A stretch of 64,000 nt of DNA from Phoronis australis. Taxonomy: Eukaryota; Animalia; Phoronida. The notes under the pieces were generated by a model. The model was given only the letters and a program-made list of their open reading frames with translations, had not been told where the DNA came from and did not search any database. The position numbers and the translations under genes are program-made. This document shows positions 37,650 to 51,366 of the stretch, piece by piece. Position 1 is the first letter of the stretch, and each line of letters starts with the position of its first letter. The DNA is taken from contig NMRA01000297.1 of assembly GCA_002633005.1 (NCBI GenBank), positions 276,993 to 340,992 on the forward strand, read 5' to 3'.

Positions 37650-40506
37650 GAAAAATATTTTCTGTTATCGTCGGACGTTATGGATGGAAGAATGTCTTTG
37701 CCGTTGTTGTTTTTACTAGTGCGGTACTGATGAGCTGTGGGGAAAGTCCGCGGATATCGTAGCCTTTTTAGACATGAAAAGGTACGCCTGTGGAGTCTGC
37801 AGTAACAGGAACTTTTTGCCATAGTCCCAGCTCTCCTATCTTTCACCTCCGTGGCTACTTTGGGGGGCAACGGAAAATTTGCATTAAACCCATCTACAGA
37901 TGTTCCAAAGTCAATTTCAAAAAAGTTCCCAAGAATGCACTTGCACGTTTAGTAATAATTTTATTTTAAAAGTTGGAAAAATTAGCCTAAACTTCACAAG
38001 AGATTAGCAAGCTGTCTGCTCCTTGCTGCATTCATGTCTCAGATTCTTCTCAAAATTCTGAGCTCCTAGAATATTCAGATATTACGTGGTATAAGGCTGC
38101 TGCAAACAAATGGATCACCATTGATACCAAGAAAAGTATTATTGCTGAGCAGTTTCTAAATTTTTGTGAAAAAAACAGAGCTATTTTATCACAATCAGTA
38201 TTACAGACACTTAATGGATGTGTCAATAATTGAAATAGCTCTTAAAAATGACCACGATGATGAAGGAAACGATGTTGAACCTGTTAAAAAATTGAGGAGA
38301 TTGTCACTGACTGTCAGTTCCATTTAACAGTGCTTAAACAGATGTGTATGTGTTGCCACCACAATGTATCACAGAGAAGTTCACAAACAAAAGAACACTT
38401 GAAAAGCTATCCCAGTTCCAAACATTCACTTGTAATTAGGCCTACCTATTCTTAATTCGAACAACCATCATTTATGGTAAAAAATCTAGTTTAGGACAGA
38501 GAAAAAAGAATTATTAGTTTGCTTGATAAATTTACAATATTAGCCGTCCCAATCTGAAAGATACTGGCTGTAGTTTTTACCTACATGTGAGTTATCAGCT
38601 CTGCTCTTTTTGAACTTCTAACCCTAATTTCTGACCCTTTTATGTAAAAACATGAGCTGTGATTGGAATTTGAAAAATATAAAAATGCAAATTTTGCCCG
38701 TGTTCTGTAATTCATTGTCTCGAAAATTCAAATGTTGCTCAGATTTCAGTGTCTCACATTTTGGAATTCTTGAATTGGAGAATTTTTAGTGTAGGGAAAT
38801 TTTTACTTTTCCACTTACCGGGTATGTGCTATCTAAAACAGGAAACGTCAAAAGAAATTTTAGCTCAACGGTAAATAAGACAATTTTCAATTTCACAAAA
38901 AACTATTGCCAAATTGACAATTTCTCTATTTTAAAAGGCTGAACTACGATATTAAAGATGCTAAAATTATTTCCATGTCTTAAATTGGCAACTGTACGGA
39001 GCAATCAGTTCTAGTAATGTTGCTCATTTCTTTTAATGCTTACTTTTGCTATATTAAGCACTTGACAAAACAAAATTTCACTTGGTGGCCATACTGTGCT
39101 AAAGTGAAAAACATTTTGGTAATCTGTTTTAGTGAAAAAGATTTCTGTAACAAGACTGAGGTGTTTAGATGAAACGATATTCAGGTTGACAAAAATATTC
39201 AGGGTAGGTTGCAGGCTTGCAGAGATATCTTTAAAACTTTGTTATTAAAGTTGTGCTCAACATTATTTTGCGTCTCAGGGTAGGATCCAGGATTTGATTT
39301 GGGGGGCAGGGCAGAGTATTACCCAGGATTTTGCCCGGCAGATATTTGCGCCCTCGAACTGCCGAATGGATTTTGGGAATTTTAGGGAGGCCATGGCCCC
39401 CTTGGCCCCCTCTAAATCAGCCACTGCGTTTCCTGGTCAGCTCATGGAAGACATTGAACAGTTTGTATGCAAGCTGTACGGCGACTCAACAGTGAACAAA
39501 GCACGCTACCACATATTCAGGTTTGAAATATGTGATGGAATCATTTCTGCCTCCTAATCATGAGTGTTTGCTGTTACATGTCAAAAGAGCAAACTACCAG
39601 TGTGCCATTCGCAAACGAGCCTTGCAACAGCATGTCAGTGCACCATCTACAGGTGGTAACGGGTGACTTTTGGAGTAAGGTAGTCTACAGTACATTCTCA
39701 CTGAATGACTCAGCCTTTAACCTCAGAAAATGTCATGAAAAATTCTAATTACAAATGTAAAAAGAGTGTACTCTTGTTTGAAGTTGGGCACGGTATGTTC
39801 AAAGTTGTGTGGCTGTCGAGAATGTGAACACGGTGTCACAAGAAACATTTTTTAATGACAATAATGATAAATATGAAAAATGGAGTGCATGAACAAACAT
39901 AAAGAAGTGTGTGCTATGTTGTTAAAAACGTTAAATCTGTAGCCTAATGGAAATATTCATATTTTATCATACTCGTGGATGTCAGGACTGAATGGTGTAA
40001 CTTTCCCTGTGACAGATTACTATGAACTGCAATGTGTATAATGATAATTAATTATGACAATTAATGAAAGTGGTGCTTGTAAGTTCATTGCATAAACTTG
40101 GAAATGAATGTTGTTCATTTATAGGTTGTGATATCAAAACTTTAACAAGTTTCAAATGGTTAACATTAGTATTGTTCTTCTGTTAGTTCAGAATATAGTA
40201 GTATGCTTTCTGGCCAACAGGAGGCGCTGCTAAAAATTTTCTATTTGTCTTTTTGAGCAATTTTCTACCATTCAGTTTGGGTCTAGTGTTGCTGGTTTTT
40301 GAAGATTGGTTTTCTGAGCCAAAATTTGCAAAAAGTCAGATTTTTGAGGTCAAATTTCTCGAAAACGTGTACGTCAAATCTTAGGATTTTTTAGATTCTG
40401 AAAGTATACATGTAGCACTTAGTGACCTTAAAAACACCAAAATTATCTTGCCCCAAAAAGTAGGCACGGAAGTGATTTTCTAGACTTCCTCGAGTCGAAT
40501 GGACTA
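37650..40506 (+). mobile_element. Academ-type DNA transposon relic
   Basis: 39430-39835 reads through frameshifts as IEQFVCKLYG..VNKARY..LPP..LLHVKRANYQ..CLKLGTVCSKLCGCREC, an Academ transposase C-terminus. Right end ...GTCGAATGGACTA (TAG terminus); left boundary uncertain. Confidence 0.65.
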
Positions 40507-41839
40507 TGGCCTTCTTGCATTGAAAACGTCTTTGTGTTCAACTTTCCGAAACGTGAAAGTTGTATAGAAATGGCATAGGTTTGTGCGCTGCACGAGAGTG
40601 TGGAATGTCAGTGTAGAACATGAGATTCAGTAGGGGGCCACACTTTAATCGACACACTTCAAGGAAACGTAATTCGGCGACCAAACACAAAAAGCGCGTC
40701 ACATTGAAGGACTCGCCACCTTGTAAGTGTATTTGCAAATTTTACGAATAACAAAAAACTGCTTCTATTCTAGGGCTAGTGATGCCAGGCCCTCGACCCC
40801 GGTCCAGATCGAGTGTTACAACACGTAGGCTTATGCATTGCTTAGACTCTGCTCATGGCAATAGTGAATAGTCTAGAATACGAGTGACCCGTGTGGCCTT
40901 TGTCAGTGATTAAATGTATATTTTGTGAATATTGATCACCCCTTGGTTCAGTTGGTTGTAGCTCACAGTCTCTCTGCAGCATTTCTCGTCAAAGTGGATC
41001 GAGTTGATACGGTCTCAAAGCCGGCGGAAGTTCGCTAAGTAGAAAACCGAATTCATTGTCTGATTTTTCAAGTACTTGAGCGTGATGCCCGTATCCACTC
41101 TCATCTCTGCATAATATTGTCCAGTTCTCATTCTGAATCGTCCTCGTGTTCTGATCTGCTGTGTTCCTCCACTGCAACTGATTCTCAAGGGACCAAACGT
41201 CTTACCCTAATTAAATCATTTGGCGGGAAAATTGAAAATAGCTAAATTTTCTTCAAATTTAAATAATCGCCACTATTTGGCATAAAAAATGCTTATTTAG
41301 TTCAATTCGATGGTATTCATTTCCTACTAGCTAACTGGAACCTGAAAAACTAATAAACAGCATGTGGGAACTCCTTAAACAAATGGCGTTTATGTATTCT
41401 CCGAGGGACATTTATAATTACGATAGTCAACACAGTCTGTATTTTCGACTTGCACGAAGTTGACTGCGCGCTGGATTACGTAACGATTGAGGCGAAGCTG
41501 GCAGAGAATTATTCGGGCTGTGAGCGTCACATACGGAATGATCATACATAAGTACTTAAAGATTTGGACCCAGGGCACATTAGGCCTAATGGACTTGGAA
41601 ATCTATCTACAATAATTAGAAAATAGAAATCGAAAATTACGCTAAGAGACGGCTGCCTATCAATTTAAACTGGCAGTATTGTGAATAGAGTTCAATGGAA
41701 AGACCCTGAGACAATAGATTTTGAAAGGCTCATGGACAGCAATCGCAACCAGATAACACAGGTCAAGTATTTCACAACTCTATTGTTTTCACAAATTACA
41801 AACGATGATTCGAAACAACAAACAGCCGCCAAAAATTAC

Positions 41840-41910
41840 CTCAAAATTCAAGGTTCCGTTGTTGTCAGCGTCAAGGGCTCTAAACACTAAGTGAGCGTAC
41901 TTATTAGAAT
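41840..41910 (-). CDS. KCNIP: KChIP-like exon, EF-hand 2
   Basis: 71 bp; (D)SNKYAHLVFRALDADNNGTLNFE; phases match neighbouring exons. Confidence 0.95.
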
Positions 41911-42776
41911 CTGAAACAATTGGAAACAATTCAGCTACCACCCTTCCATGATTCTCGCAGGATCTGTCACATTTGGAATGTGAAGCACAACACATGTATT
42001 TTCTAAACACGAGGTACATTTCTTAATTTAATGACTTACCAAATTTTTTTTTTCTTGTGCATTTGCTACGTTCCTTTTAACGCACACAGTGATACTGTGG
42101 TGTCGATTATAATTATCATGATTATTACTATCAATTTAATATGATGTCCTATGCTTTGGTCACTTCAAAAAGTGTTTATGTTCATGTAGTGCACTCCATT
42201 TAATATGAGGACACCACGACCCATTGCGCGGTTGAATGAAACACACCATAAATTTTCAACACTTTTGTGAACTTTGTGAAAACATTGACTGTCTTTTTTC
42301 TGCGATTTTGTAGTCCTTATTCATTTTCGTTGGAATGAAGGTCCGGTTCCCGAAATATATGACGAGGTCATGAAGTACAATGGGAGACCATAATGAAGAT
42401 TACATATATAACACCAATGTGTGAACAAAGTTTACAAATGACCTGAAAATTAAAGAGAAATGGGGAACATAGTTCATTACCCACTGGCACTGTTTCATAA
42501 GACGGGACACACGAACTCTGACTTGAATGTGATTTTAAATTTAACAAAATTGTACGATTCACGGACACATTTGTAAGTTTACTTGAAGCAAGACATGACA
42601 TTGGTCAATTTTTGAGTCGCATCATATTAAATGTCATTTTAAATAAATTGAAAAATAACTTCTCAAATAATTTAACTATTTATCAATTTCAGAACAGATA
42701 ATACATGTAACACGCGCTTAACCGCTTTATAGAGATAAATTATGATGAAGCGAACATTTATTTTTCCCATACATAC

Positions 42777-42846
42777 CCCCTTGTGGAAAAAACTGTCCGT
42801 AGATTTCCTTGAAAACGTCCTCACTTACAATTCCAGTTGGGCAGTC
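42777..42846 (-). CDS. KCNIP: KChIP-like exon, degenerate EF-hand 1
   Basis: 70 bp; DCPTGIVSEDVFKEIYGQFFPQG, with the NCS-family CPxG motif. Confidence 0.95.
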
Positions 42847-43836
42847 CTGAAAACGAAATTGGTGCAATACGCGTAGATAATGTGATGTATCAGTCTAGTC
42901 AAGAGTACAGCCGTAGACCTACTCGTATCGTTGTACACCTAAATTTAAGCCGCTATCTACATGTACCATCTTCAGCATTGAACTGGAAGACCACGCGCTA
43001 GTAGCATACACTCGAGGCCAAATGGTATTGGTGTCATATACTCGGCATATTTAGAGAAATTTGTACTTTATTGTTAGGTTAATTCATCTAGAGTGCTACA
43101 CAAACATCGCATTCTTTACTTTTTGAAGCTCTCAAGACATCTAAAATGTACCGATGGATCCTCAACGCTTGTAAGAAATACACCTGTAACAAATCTTGGC
43201 AAGGTTCCGTGGTTTATACACGGTCGCCTGCATATTCAGTACTCATTTTCAACCAACGTAACCAAGCATTTCAAAACATTCGTCTACCATGGCAGAAACA
43301 GACGTGTACGACTAGAAGCTTAGTTGAACATGACATCCACAGGGTGTTCCATCGAATCAGGAACTCTGGTGTAAAACAGATATCCCAGAGTCGAAAAAAG
43401 ACTCTCTCACCTTCAAAACAGCTAATCAGGCCGAAAAACACAAACCCCAATTTTAAAACAGGAGCCCCAGAGATTGCATAGGAAACCCGGACAATTTTTC
43501 AAATTTTCTGGGAACATTGTCATTACCTCAAACTTTGAGTTTAAGCATCTTCAAGTAATGTTCAGTTGTTTTCTACATTTGTTTTTTAAAAATTGTCAAT
43601 AATAAAACGTAACTTATATTACATTAATTTTGTTATTTGATTTGTATCGGTAAAACCCGTGCAACTCCTCTGTGGGCGAATTTCATCATAATCTGTACTC
43701 TCAACACATTGTTATCTCGGTGAACATTTAGTTAACTTCAGAATCTTCAATAGTTTCCCCAAAACATTTTCAAAAAGGAAAAGCAAAATACTATTTCGAC
43801 ATTCTTGTACCATTGCTGATTAACTCATTTAAATAT

Positions 43837-44134
43837 AAGAATCAATAAATCTATTACTGGACTTAAGGTACGTGGAGATGGCTACGTTGCGTCCTCCTCT
43901 CGAGGACTTCATCAGGCCACTGAGTTGTCACGTGACTTGTCATGTGATCTGTCGTACAGTTTCCGCGGGATTCTCTTCAGCGCCCTATGCCTGAAGAGAA
44001 TCCCGCGGAAACTGTACGACAGATCACATGACAAGTCACGTGACAACTCAGTGGCCTGATGAAGTCCTCTAGAGGAGGACGCATTGTAGCCATCTCCACG
44101 TACCGTAAGTCCAGTAATAGATTTATTGATTCTT
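43837..44134. repeat. Near-perfect palindrome, 144-bp arms, 10-nt loop
   Basis: 43837-43980 is the reverse complement of 43991-44134 with about 4 mismatches. Confidence 0.95.
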
Positions 44135-44939
44135 TTACTATGACCGAACTGGATGACTGAAAACATTCATCCTTTAAATATCTTTACAACTGACCGCATT
44201 TTAGGGTTCGTTGATTATCTGTCGAGAGTACAGTTTTCTGGCACAATTAATTTCCGGATTTTGGAATGGAACACGAGAACTATTCACTCAAAAGACCTGC
44301 ACCGTCATCAATTTCACCATTCTTGCCCACAAAAAGTGTACTTCAACACCTCATCGATCATTAAAATGGAATTTGGAATCGCAATTTCTGAACTCAGCGT
44401 ATATACACTGTAACTTACACTCGTTTTGGCGCAAATTTGTTCTGAAATTGGCTTTGCGGGAATTAAAATACTAAAAAATGTAGCGCATTGAAACCAGTTC
44501 CGATGATTTGTTTTGGCAAACTCGTGGAAGAAGAACAGTTGAATTAAGAATTGAGGGAAAAAGAAATTGGCCAATAGGTGGCGTAATGTTTAATGGAACC
44601 AAACGCCGTCGGACGCAAAAGATTGCATCACAACTTCAGCAGCAAAATAACGTGGAACACCAATCCGTCATGAGTTGTCCACAGTTCTCACATAGTAAAA
44701 CAACATATACACATCAACTATTTAAAGCAGGAAGATTTACTGTTTATCAAACAATGTGTGACAGAAAGTGCCATGGTGGTGTTTGTGTTTCGGGGTGTTC
44801 TGTCCCATAACCGGACTTCCTGATTTAAAGACCGGGGTACTTGTTTTTCGGGCTGGTTAGCTGTTTTGAAGGTGCAATTGTCTGTTCTCGACTCCGGAAT
44901 ATCTGTTTTCCACGAGGTTTCTGATCCTTGCACAGTTAA

Positions 44940-46545
44940 AGGAGAATGCCATCCGATTTAATTAGTCTCTTTTACCGTCTTAATCGGTCTACATCCACAT
45001 CGCCCCTTATACGGTCCACCTCACCTTGCCGAGAGGTGTCGCGTAAACCTGTGAGGAAGGAAGAAACGACATAGCGACGTCAGTGGTTCGTCTGCAGAGT
45101 GAATGTATTTATATTGCGGAGCATCGTTCCTGCTTGTCCGAACTATTAAGCTGCAAAGAAAGCGGGTATATCGTTTTTTCGACTTCCTCGGGAGCCCGAA
45201 ATGCTTAGGAAGTGGCTCGCGGTAGTGAAAAATAACTGTTTCGCTTCTAATAGCAAGAGGCCGCCGTGAAACAGCTCCGTGTCTGTGGCCGGCAATTCGT
45301 CGACAGTGATTTCTCTGACGAACTCCGGCCTACCAAAGATCTTTCCATACGTTCCGTTGCCGGCGCATGTTCACGGCTCCTCTCTAGTATTTCTTGATCA
45401 GTGTATTCTGCAATGGGTTTGAACTGATAGCCTGTGAAACCTATAGGATCCGACCCTTGAAGTCTTAGTCGGATGAGCTCTTGACTAAGTCGAGATAGGC
45501 GCCGGGCTAGTTGCCATGCAGACGTTTATCATTCTGCGTTCTGTTTCAAAATGAATTATTCTCATCCTCACCAATGCTGATATAAAGCTGAAACAAAGTC
45601 TGTCTCATTAGATACAATTTGTAATGCCTATGCAGTATTCGTGAATGCAAATGTTCAGAAGCCAGCAATGAATAAACCACTGCGTTACCGGCTTTTGATG
45701 CCCACAACAAAGCAAATTGACCGTGCACCGAGGCCGTGTGAGCGCATGCTAATTCAGTGTTTGCTGAAAGAAAGTTGTTGTGAAAAAATTATTACTTGAT
45801 TTTATATGCTTTGGTCACATGTTAGGGGAATCTTAATTTATAAATACGAATACATTATTCAAATCATTGTTACTGTTCAACCTTTGCCCTGACGGTCTGT
45901 GGAAGGGGAACCAGTCGAACTTTGCGGCCCCCGACAAGTAAGTAGATTTTCAGTGTCGTGGCTAATTCACGAACATAACTACGGGCACATTGTTTCTTTG
46001 GCTTACTATTATTTCTTTTCGTGACTAGAAGTTTAGTTTTCAACTCAAGCTTCGTGCCAGTCCCGACGGCCGCAACCGGCCCGATCGGGTTCCGAGCCAC
46101 TAGCCGGGATAACAAGCTTTTTGTGTGTTTAAAACTCAAAAAAATCACAAGTCTAAACAACACAGATTTAGGTTATCCTGTCTGTATTTCACAGATCGAA
46201 GAATATCTCGAATTTATCTCTGAACAGACCCCAAACTCCTGCTGCGGACCTTAGTAAATTGGCCTGCCGAACTTTGTAGCCTACGATGTGTCCAAGTACC
46301 AATACATCCGTAACAGCGAAATAGAAAAACGTTTTTATAAAAGCTCGGTGTATTTCTAAGGGTTTTACATCGAAGTTTGGTGATTTATTGGTGTTAAACG
46401 ATGAACTCAAGCAATAAGCTGACACCAGCAACCCGTGTTGTGAACTGCTGAACACACTGCGTGTGAATCCAACGACGTCTTTGGATAATTTCAACACCTC
46501 CGTCTGCCGTCAGGTGCCAGGTAACGCAGCCGAACGTGCCGTTAT
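44940..46545 (+). mobile_element. Kolobok-like element, copy 2 (ends at N gap 46546)
   Basis: Left end TTAA|AGGAGAATGCCA; THAP remnant including RVCGRQF. Confidence 0.8.
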
Positions 46546-46780
46546 NTATTCCTCTGCTCTGGGTCGAAATTCAAGGTTTGTTTAATGATCCAGTTTCGGC
46601 GCACCATAAGGGAGCTGGAGGGATTTTAGCCCCCCACTTTTTTCAGTGCTGCGCCGTCCATATCCATGGGCAGCGCACCAAATAGGCTGGGAGGCTATAG
46701 CCCCAATTTTTTCAGTGATGGGCCGCCCATGGTCTATGGGAGGTGCATCACAGGGGGCTGGGGGGGGCTTTAACCCCCCG

Positions 46781-46795
46781 CACACACACACACGT

Positions 46796-46828
<33 letters not shown>

Positions 46829-46847
46829 CACACACACACACACACAC
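46781..46847 (+). repeat. (CA)n microsatellite
   Basis: Read directly from sequence. Confidence 0.95.
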
Positions 46848-49043
46848 TCTTCTCAGTGCTGCTCTCCCCATGGTGTGGGATTTACATGTATAGAGGAACA
46901 AAGGGACATTTCCCCGAACTGCTCCACAGAGAGAGGGTACCATCTGATATGGGAAACCTCAGTTATGAAAGAATAAACATCATTAAGCTTAAAAAGGAGT
47001 GACAGTTCATTCCACCGTCGTGTGGTCACAAGACGGTGCACGAAGAGATCGTCTTCCTTTTTATTTCAGTTGCACGATTTCACAAAAAACAGGAAACTAG
47101 ACGTAATCAAATTCAACATTTGGGCCCTCAATCAGTGAGCGGACGCTTAAGAATTTGTCAATAAAAACATAAAGAGTGTGGCTACTTTAATGTCATCAAT
47201 GGCCTCCGTCAAGGGTGGGCCCCTCAATATGAAATTATCAATATTTTGAAAAATCAAGAAATGTGCAGCAATTGGTGATATCTGTCAGGGCATCAAGCGA
47301 TACACAATTCGAAAATAAAACAGCAAGAGCGTAGGGAAATGTGGAGTTTATTAACTAACCCCGGAAATTAACATTATACGGCTGAAACAAGATTTAAATG
47401 TGTGCAGTTTTAGTGTGTTGGGAGGGGGCTCAGATTCAATTTCAGTGTCAAATTCGGAACACGGCGCAATCATAACGGAACTATGGCTAAGTATAGGGTC
47501 TCCCGCGATATCCCAGAGAGACCGGCAGTGGCGCTGCGCACTACGACTCCGTTTCCGTCGTCTGCTCCACTGGGCAATGAAGAAAAATACTTCATTTTTT
47601 AAAGAAAATGGAATCTGAGTGACGATGAAAAAACAGAAGCTGCTGGTAAGATGTGAATTTTAATCGAAGCCTTTGTGAATCACTCTGAAACTCATAATTC
47701 TCTCTCAGTCAAACCTTAACTTAAGACGATTTCCAAAGCAATCGCCCCATTAATGCCAACACAAAAAACGGATTTGATCTTTTGGGCAACTGAAGACTAA
47801 TTTAAATGCGACAAATTTGTTACGAACTGATTGCACAAAATATAAAAAGTGTAATAAACATTACAAAAAGAAGTTTTTTTCGCACGCAAACGCTGTGGAC
47901 CATAAACAAGTAGGTCTTTTAAAATCAAATTACGAATGAAATCGTGGTGGTGCAGTGGTAAAGCACGCGCCCTTTATCACCCAGGTCGTGATTTCGAGTC
48001 TGTGGTAATTGCAGTTTTTCAATTTTGACACGTTCTCCGTGTTTTTTTTTGATAATATTTCAGGAATCAAGGAAAATGCTTGATTTTTAGAGGAAAAAAC
48101 AGAAAAATTTTCCCCCACTCGGTGCTATGGGCATTTACAATCGTGCTTTGAGCAAATATTTACAGACAAAAAGTTGCACCCCCCTTGTGTGATATCCTAG
48201 ATCCGCCACTGAATTAACACGCTCCGCAAAAGCTTCGCTTTACAGATTTTTCGAAATATAATGCATGAATCATTACGTGCACGTTTTCAAGTGCGTTAAG
48301 ACGACCTGTGCTGCGAAAGCGGAGACCCCAACAACGTCTTGGCCAGGGTCCCCAAACGTAAACCATGCACTGATACAGAGTTGTAAAATATTTCTCTTAA
48401 TTTTTCTCCCTTATCCGCATTTAGTAGCCTTTCTTTTCTCGACTGTCCTCGGCCCACGCGGATGTCGGTTGCCACGGTTGAGCCCTGACGCCTGAAAAGG
48501 TTTTCGGGGCCCGTGCCCCCCCGGCCCTCCGCTTCCTACGGCCCTGACATGCAACCAGGTTTCAAACTACTGGTACATAACTGCTAATAATATGACACAT
48601 GTGTCTCAGTTTACAATTGCTAAATATGATATCGTCTGCAACTAAGGCCACGATTCCTCAAATAATAGATTATTCTTATTCAACTATTTTCAGGAAATGT
48701 TACAAGTTAAATTTACAATTACCGTTGTTTGTTATTTCTTTTCAAGTAATAAATCTTGACTTTTAAAACTGTTTCTTTTACTGAAGAAAACTTGTAACCT
48801 AACGTGCACGTACATACATATAGGATGTGATCCGCCACCTGAACAGCCTGGGCGAAGTATTTAAAAAATATGCCGACAAAATGAAAGAAATTTCGGAATT
48901 CGAATAGCATGGGACAAATACAAAACGTACCTCCACTGGCGTAGATGAGTAATATCTCACACGTCATTATTCCGCGATAATGTCGAGTGGAATATTACTT
49001 TATCTACGCCACTCTCGGTAGGTTCTGTGTCAACTTAACTTAC

Positions 49044-49168
49044 CTGCTTAAATCCTCTATACAGAATCTGTAACTCTTTCTTCGAGAATTTTGTTCTTTC
49101 GCTTATAGAATCCAGGCATTCTGGTTTGTAGCGAGCAGCCTGCATCTCCAAGTCTTCAAATTCATTGC
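49044..49168 (-). CDS. KCNIP: KChIP-like exon, start of conserved core
   Basis: 125 bp, CAG acceptor and GTAAGT donor; [41 protein letters not shown], matching KChIP ...RPEGL...[16 protein letters not shown]. Confidence 0.95.
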
Positions 49169-49750
49169 CTGACCAACAGAAACGTTAAAATAACTTAAAA
49201 AACTGACAATAAACTAAAGCTGTTTTTGCATTGTCAATGACCTATCTCGTGAGTTTGGCAGTGGCTTCGACACGATTGTTTAATGTCCAAGGCCACGTCT
49301 CTCGTTAAAACATGTCACTAATATGACATGATGTCGGTGAGCCTAGTAAATCGCCAACTAAACAGCAAAGTGACTTTTCTGTTATATTAATCTTTATTCA
49401 AAACACTTCCGATAAACAATAATTAATTGCATGACTTTAACGGTATGAACTTCGCCAACTGTGCGAACTATCTCCTCTTGGACATGACAGAATGAAAGAC
49501 CGGTTAAAAGTGGCTTTCGGAGATCAAGGAGGCAATTTCAATTCTGTTTTGCATCACCCATACGTTGTAAATGTCCTTTTCACGGAGTTAAAATTGTTTC
49601 CCTATGTCATTCTCTGCGAAGAAAAAGTACCTCCAAGAACAACGGAAACTGAGTTCTCTAATAAGGAAGACTTTTGCGTTTTTTGCATCTACGGAACGCA
49701 CATCAAGTGGCGATAACGGACGCCGGTCTCACATGTTCAGCTTTCCTTAA

Positions 49751-51366
49751 AGGAGAATGCCACCCGATTTAATTACTCTTCTTTGCCGTCTTAATCGGTC
49801 TACATGTATATCCACATCGCCTCGCATACGATCGACCTTACCTTACCAAGAGGTGTGTCGTTAACCTGTGAGGAAGGTGAGAAACGACGCTAGCGACGTC
49901 AGCGGTTCATTTGCAGAGTGAATGCCGCTATGTTGCGGTGCATCGTTCCCGCTTGTCCGAACTATGCAGCTGCGAGGAAAGAGGGTAAATCGTTTTTTCG
50001 ACTTCTTCGAGAGTCCGAAATGCTTAGGAAGTGGCTCGCGGTAGTGAAGAATGAAAAGTACGCTGTAAATAGCAAGTATGAGGCCGTGAAACATCTCCGT
50101 GGCTGTGTCCTGCAGTCGTCGACAGTGCCTGACGAATCCCGCTTACCAAATAACTATCCATACGTTCCGTTGTTCACGGCGCCTCTCTAGTATTTCTTCA
50201 TCACCGTATTCCTGTTCGAACTGATAGCCTGCGAAACGTAACGATCTACCTGCGAAGTCTTCGATGAGCATTCTGTTTCAAAATGAATTATTCTCGCCCT
50301 AACCAGTACTTATACAAAACTGAAACAAAGTCTGTTTCATTAGATGCAAATTGTGTTCGTGAGTTCAAGGGATTTGAAAAGCCTGCAATGAATAAATCAC
50401 TGCGTTACCGGCTTTAGGTGCTATAAAACTAATTGGGCGGGACACCGTGACCGAGGCCGTTTGAGCTCATGCTAATTTAGTGTTTGCTGACAGAAACTGT
50501 TGTGAAACAACTCGATTTCCATCCCACTGCCAGGTGTTAGGGGAATCTTCATTTACATTTACATTATTCCGAAATAATGATTGTCAATGTACAACTTCTG
50601 CCCTGACGATTCTGTGGCTGAAAGCGAACCTGAAGTCGAGGCCCTCGACGAGTAAGTAGATTTACAGTTTCGTGGCTATTCACCAACATAATCACGTGCA
50701 CATAACTTTGGCTTACTAGTATAGTATTTTCTTGACTGGAAGTTTAGTTTCCAACTTTGGCTGGTTTATGTTCGTGATGTCTGATCGGTTTCTGAGCCAC
50801 TGGCCGGGATAACGTGTGTCCGGCCGCCACAGGCCTGATCGGGCTCTGAGCCACTGGCCAGGATAACGAGCGTTTTGTGTTTAGAACTCAAAAAATCACA
50901 AGTCTAAACAACACAGATATAGGTTCTCCTGTCTGTATATCACGGAAAATACTTTATAATACTTTTTTACGAATTTATCTCCGAACGGACCCCAAACTGG
51001 CTGCGTACCAAGTTATCGGCCTGCCAAACTTTGTTGGATACGGTGTGTCTAAATACCAATAAATCCGTAACAGCGAAATAAAACAACACGCTTTTCTAAG
51101 AACTTGATGTATTTTTAAGGGTTTTGCATCGAAGTTTGATGATTCATTGGTGTTAAACGATGAATTCAAGCGATAAGCTGACACCAGTAACCCGTGTGGT
51201 GAACTGCTGGACAGACTGCGTGTGAAACCAATTACGTCATTGGATTATTTCAGCACCTCCGTCTGCCGTCAGGTGTCAGGGAACGCAACCGTACGTGCCG
51301 TCATGGAGTAGAACTACACGATCTAAACTTATACAAATTAGGTTGTTCTTTGGGTGGCATGCTCCT
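49751..51366 (+). mobile_element. Kolobok-like element, copy 3 (both ends intact)
   Basis: TTAA|AGGAGAATGCCACCC ... GGGTGGCATGCTCCT|TTAA. ORF 49918-50190 reads CIVPACPN...SFFRL...LRKWL, a THAP domain remnant. Confidence 0.85.

Noticed and set aside
37721-37752. CTGATGA...GAAA hammerhead-like core
   Set aside because: No paired stem II and no stem III before the putative cleavage triplet.
47944-48010. tRNA gene
   Set aside because: Degenerate B-box and no acceptor stem; at most a SINE remnant.
27237-49168. Frequenin/NCS-1 or neurocalcin assignment
   Set aside because: [10 protein letters not shown], YxPE, FFPQGD and the lack of an MG start fit KChIP.
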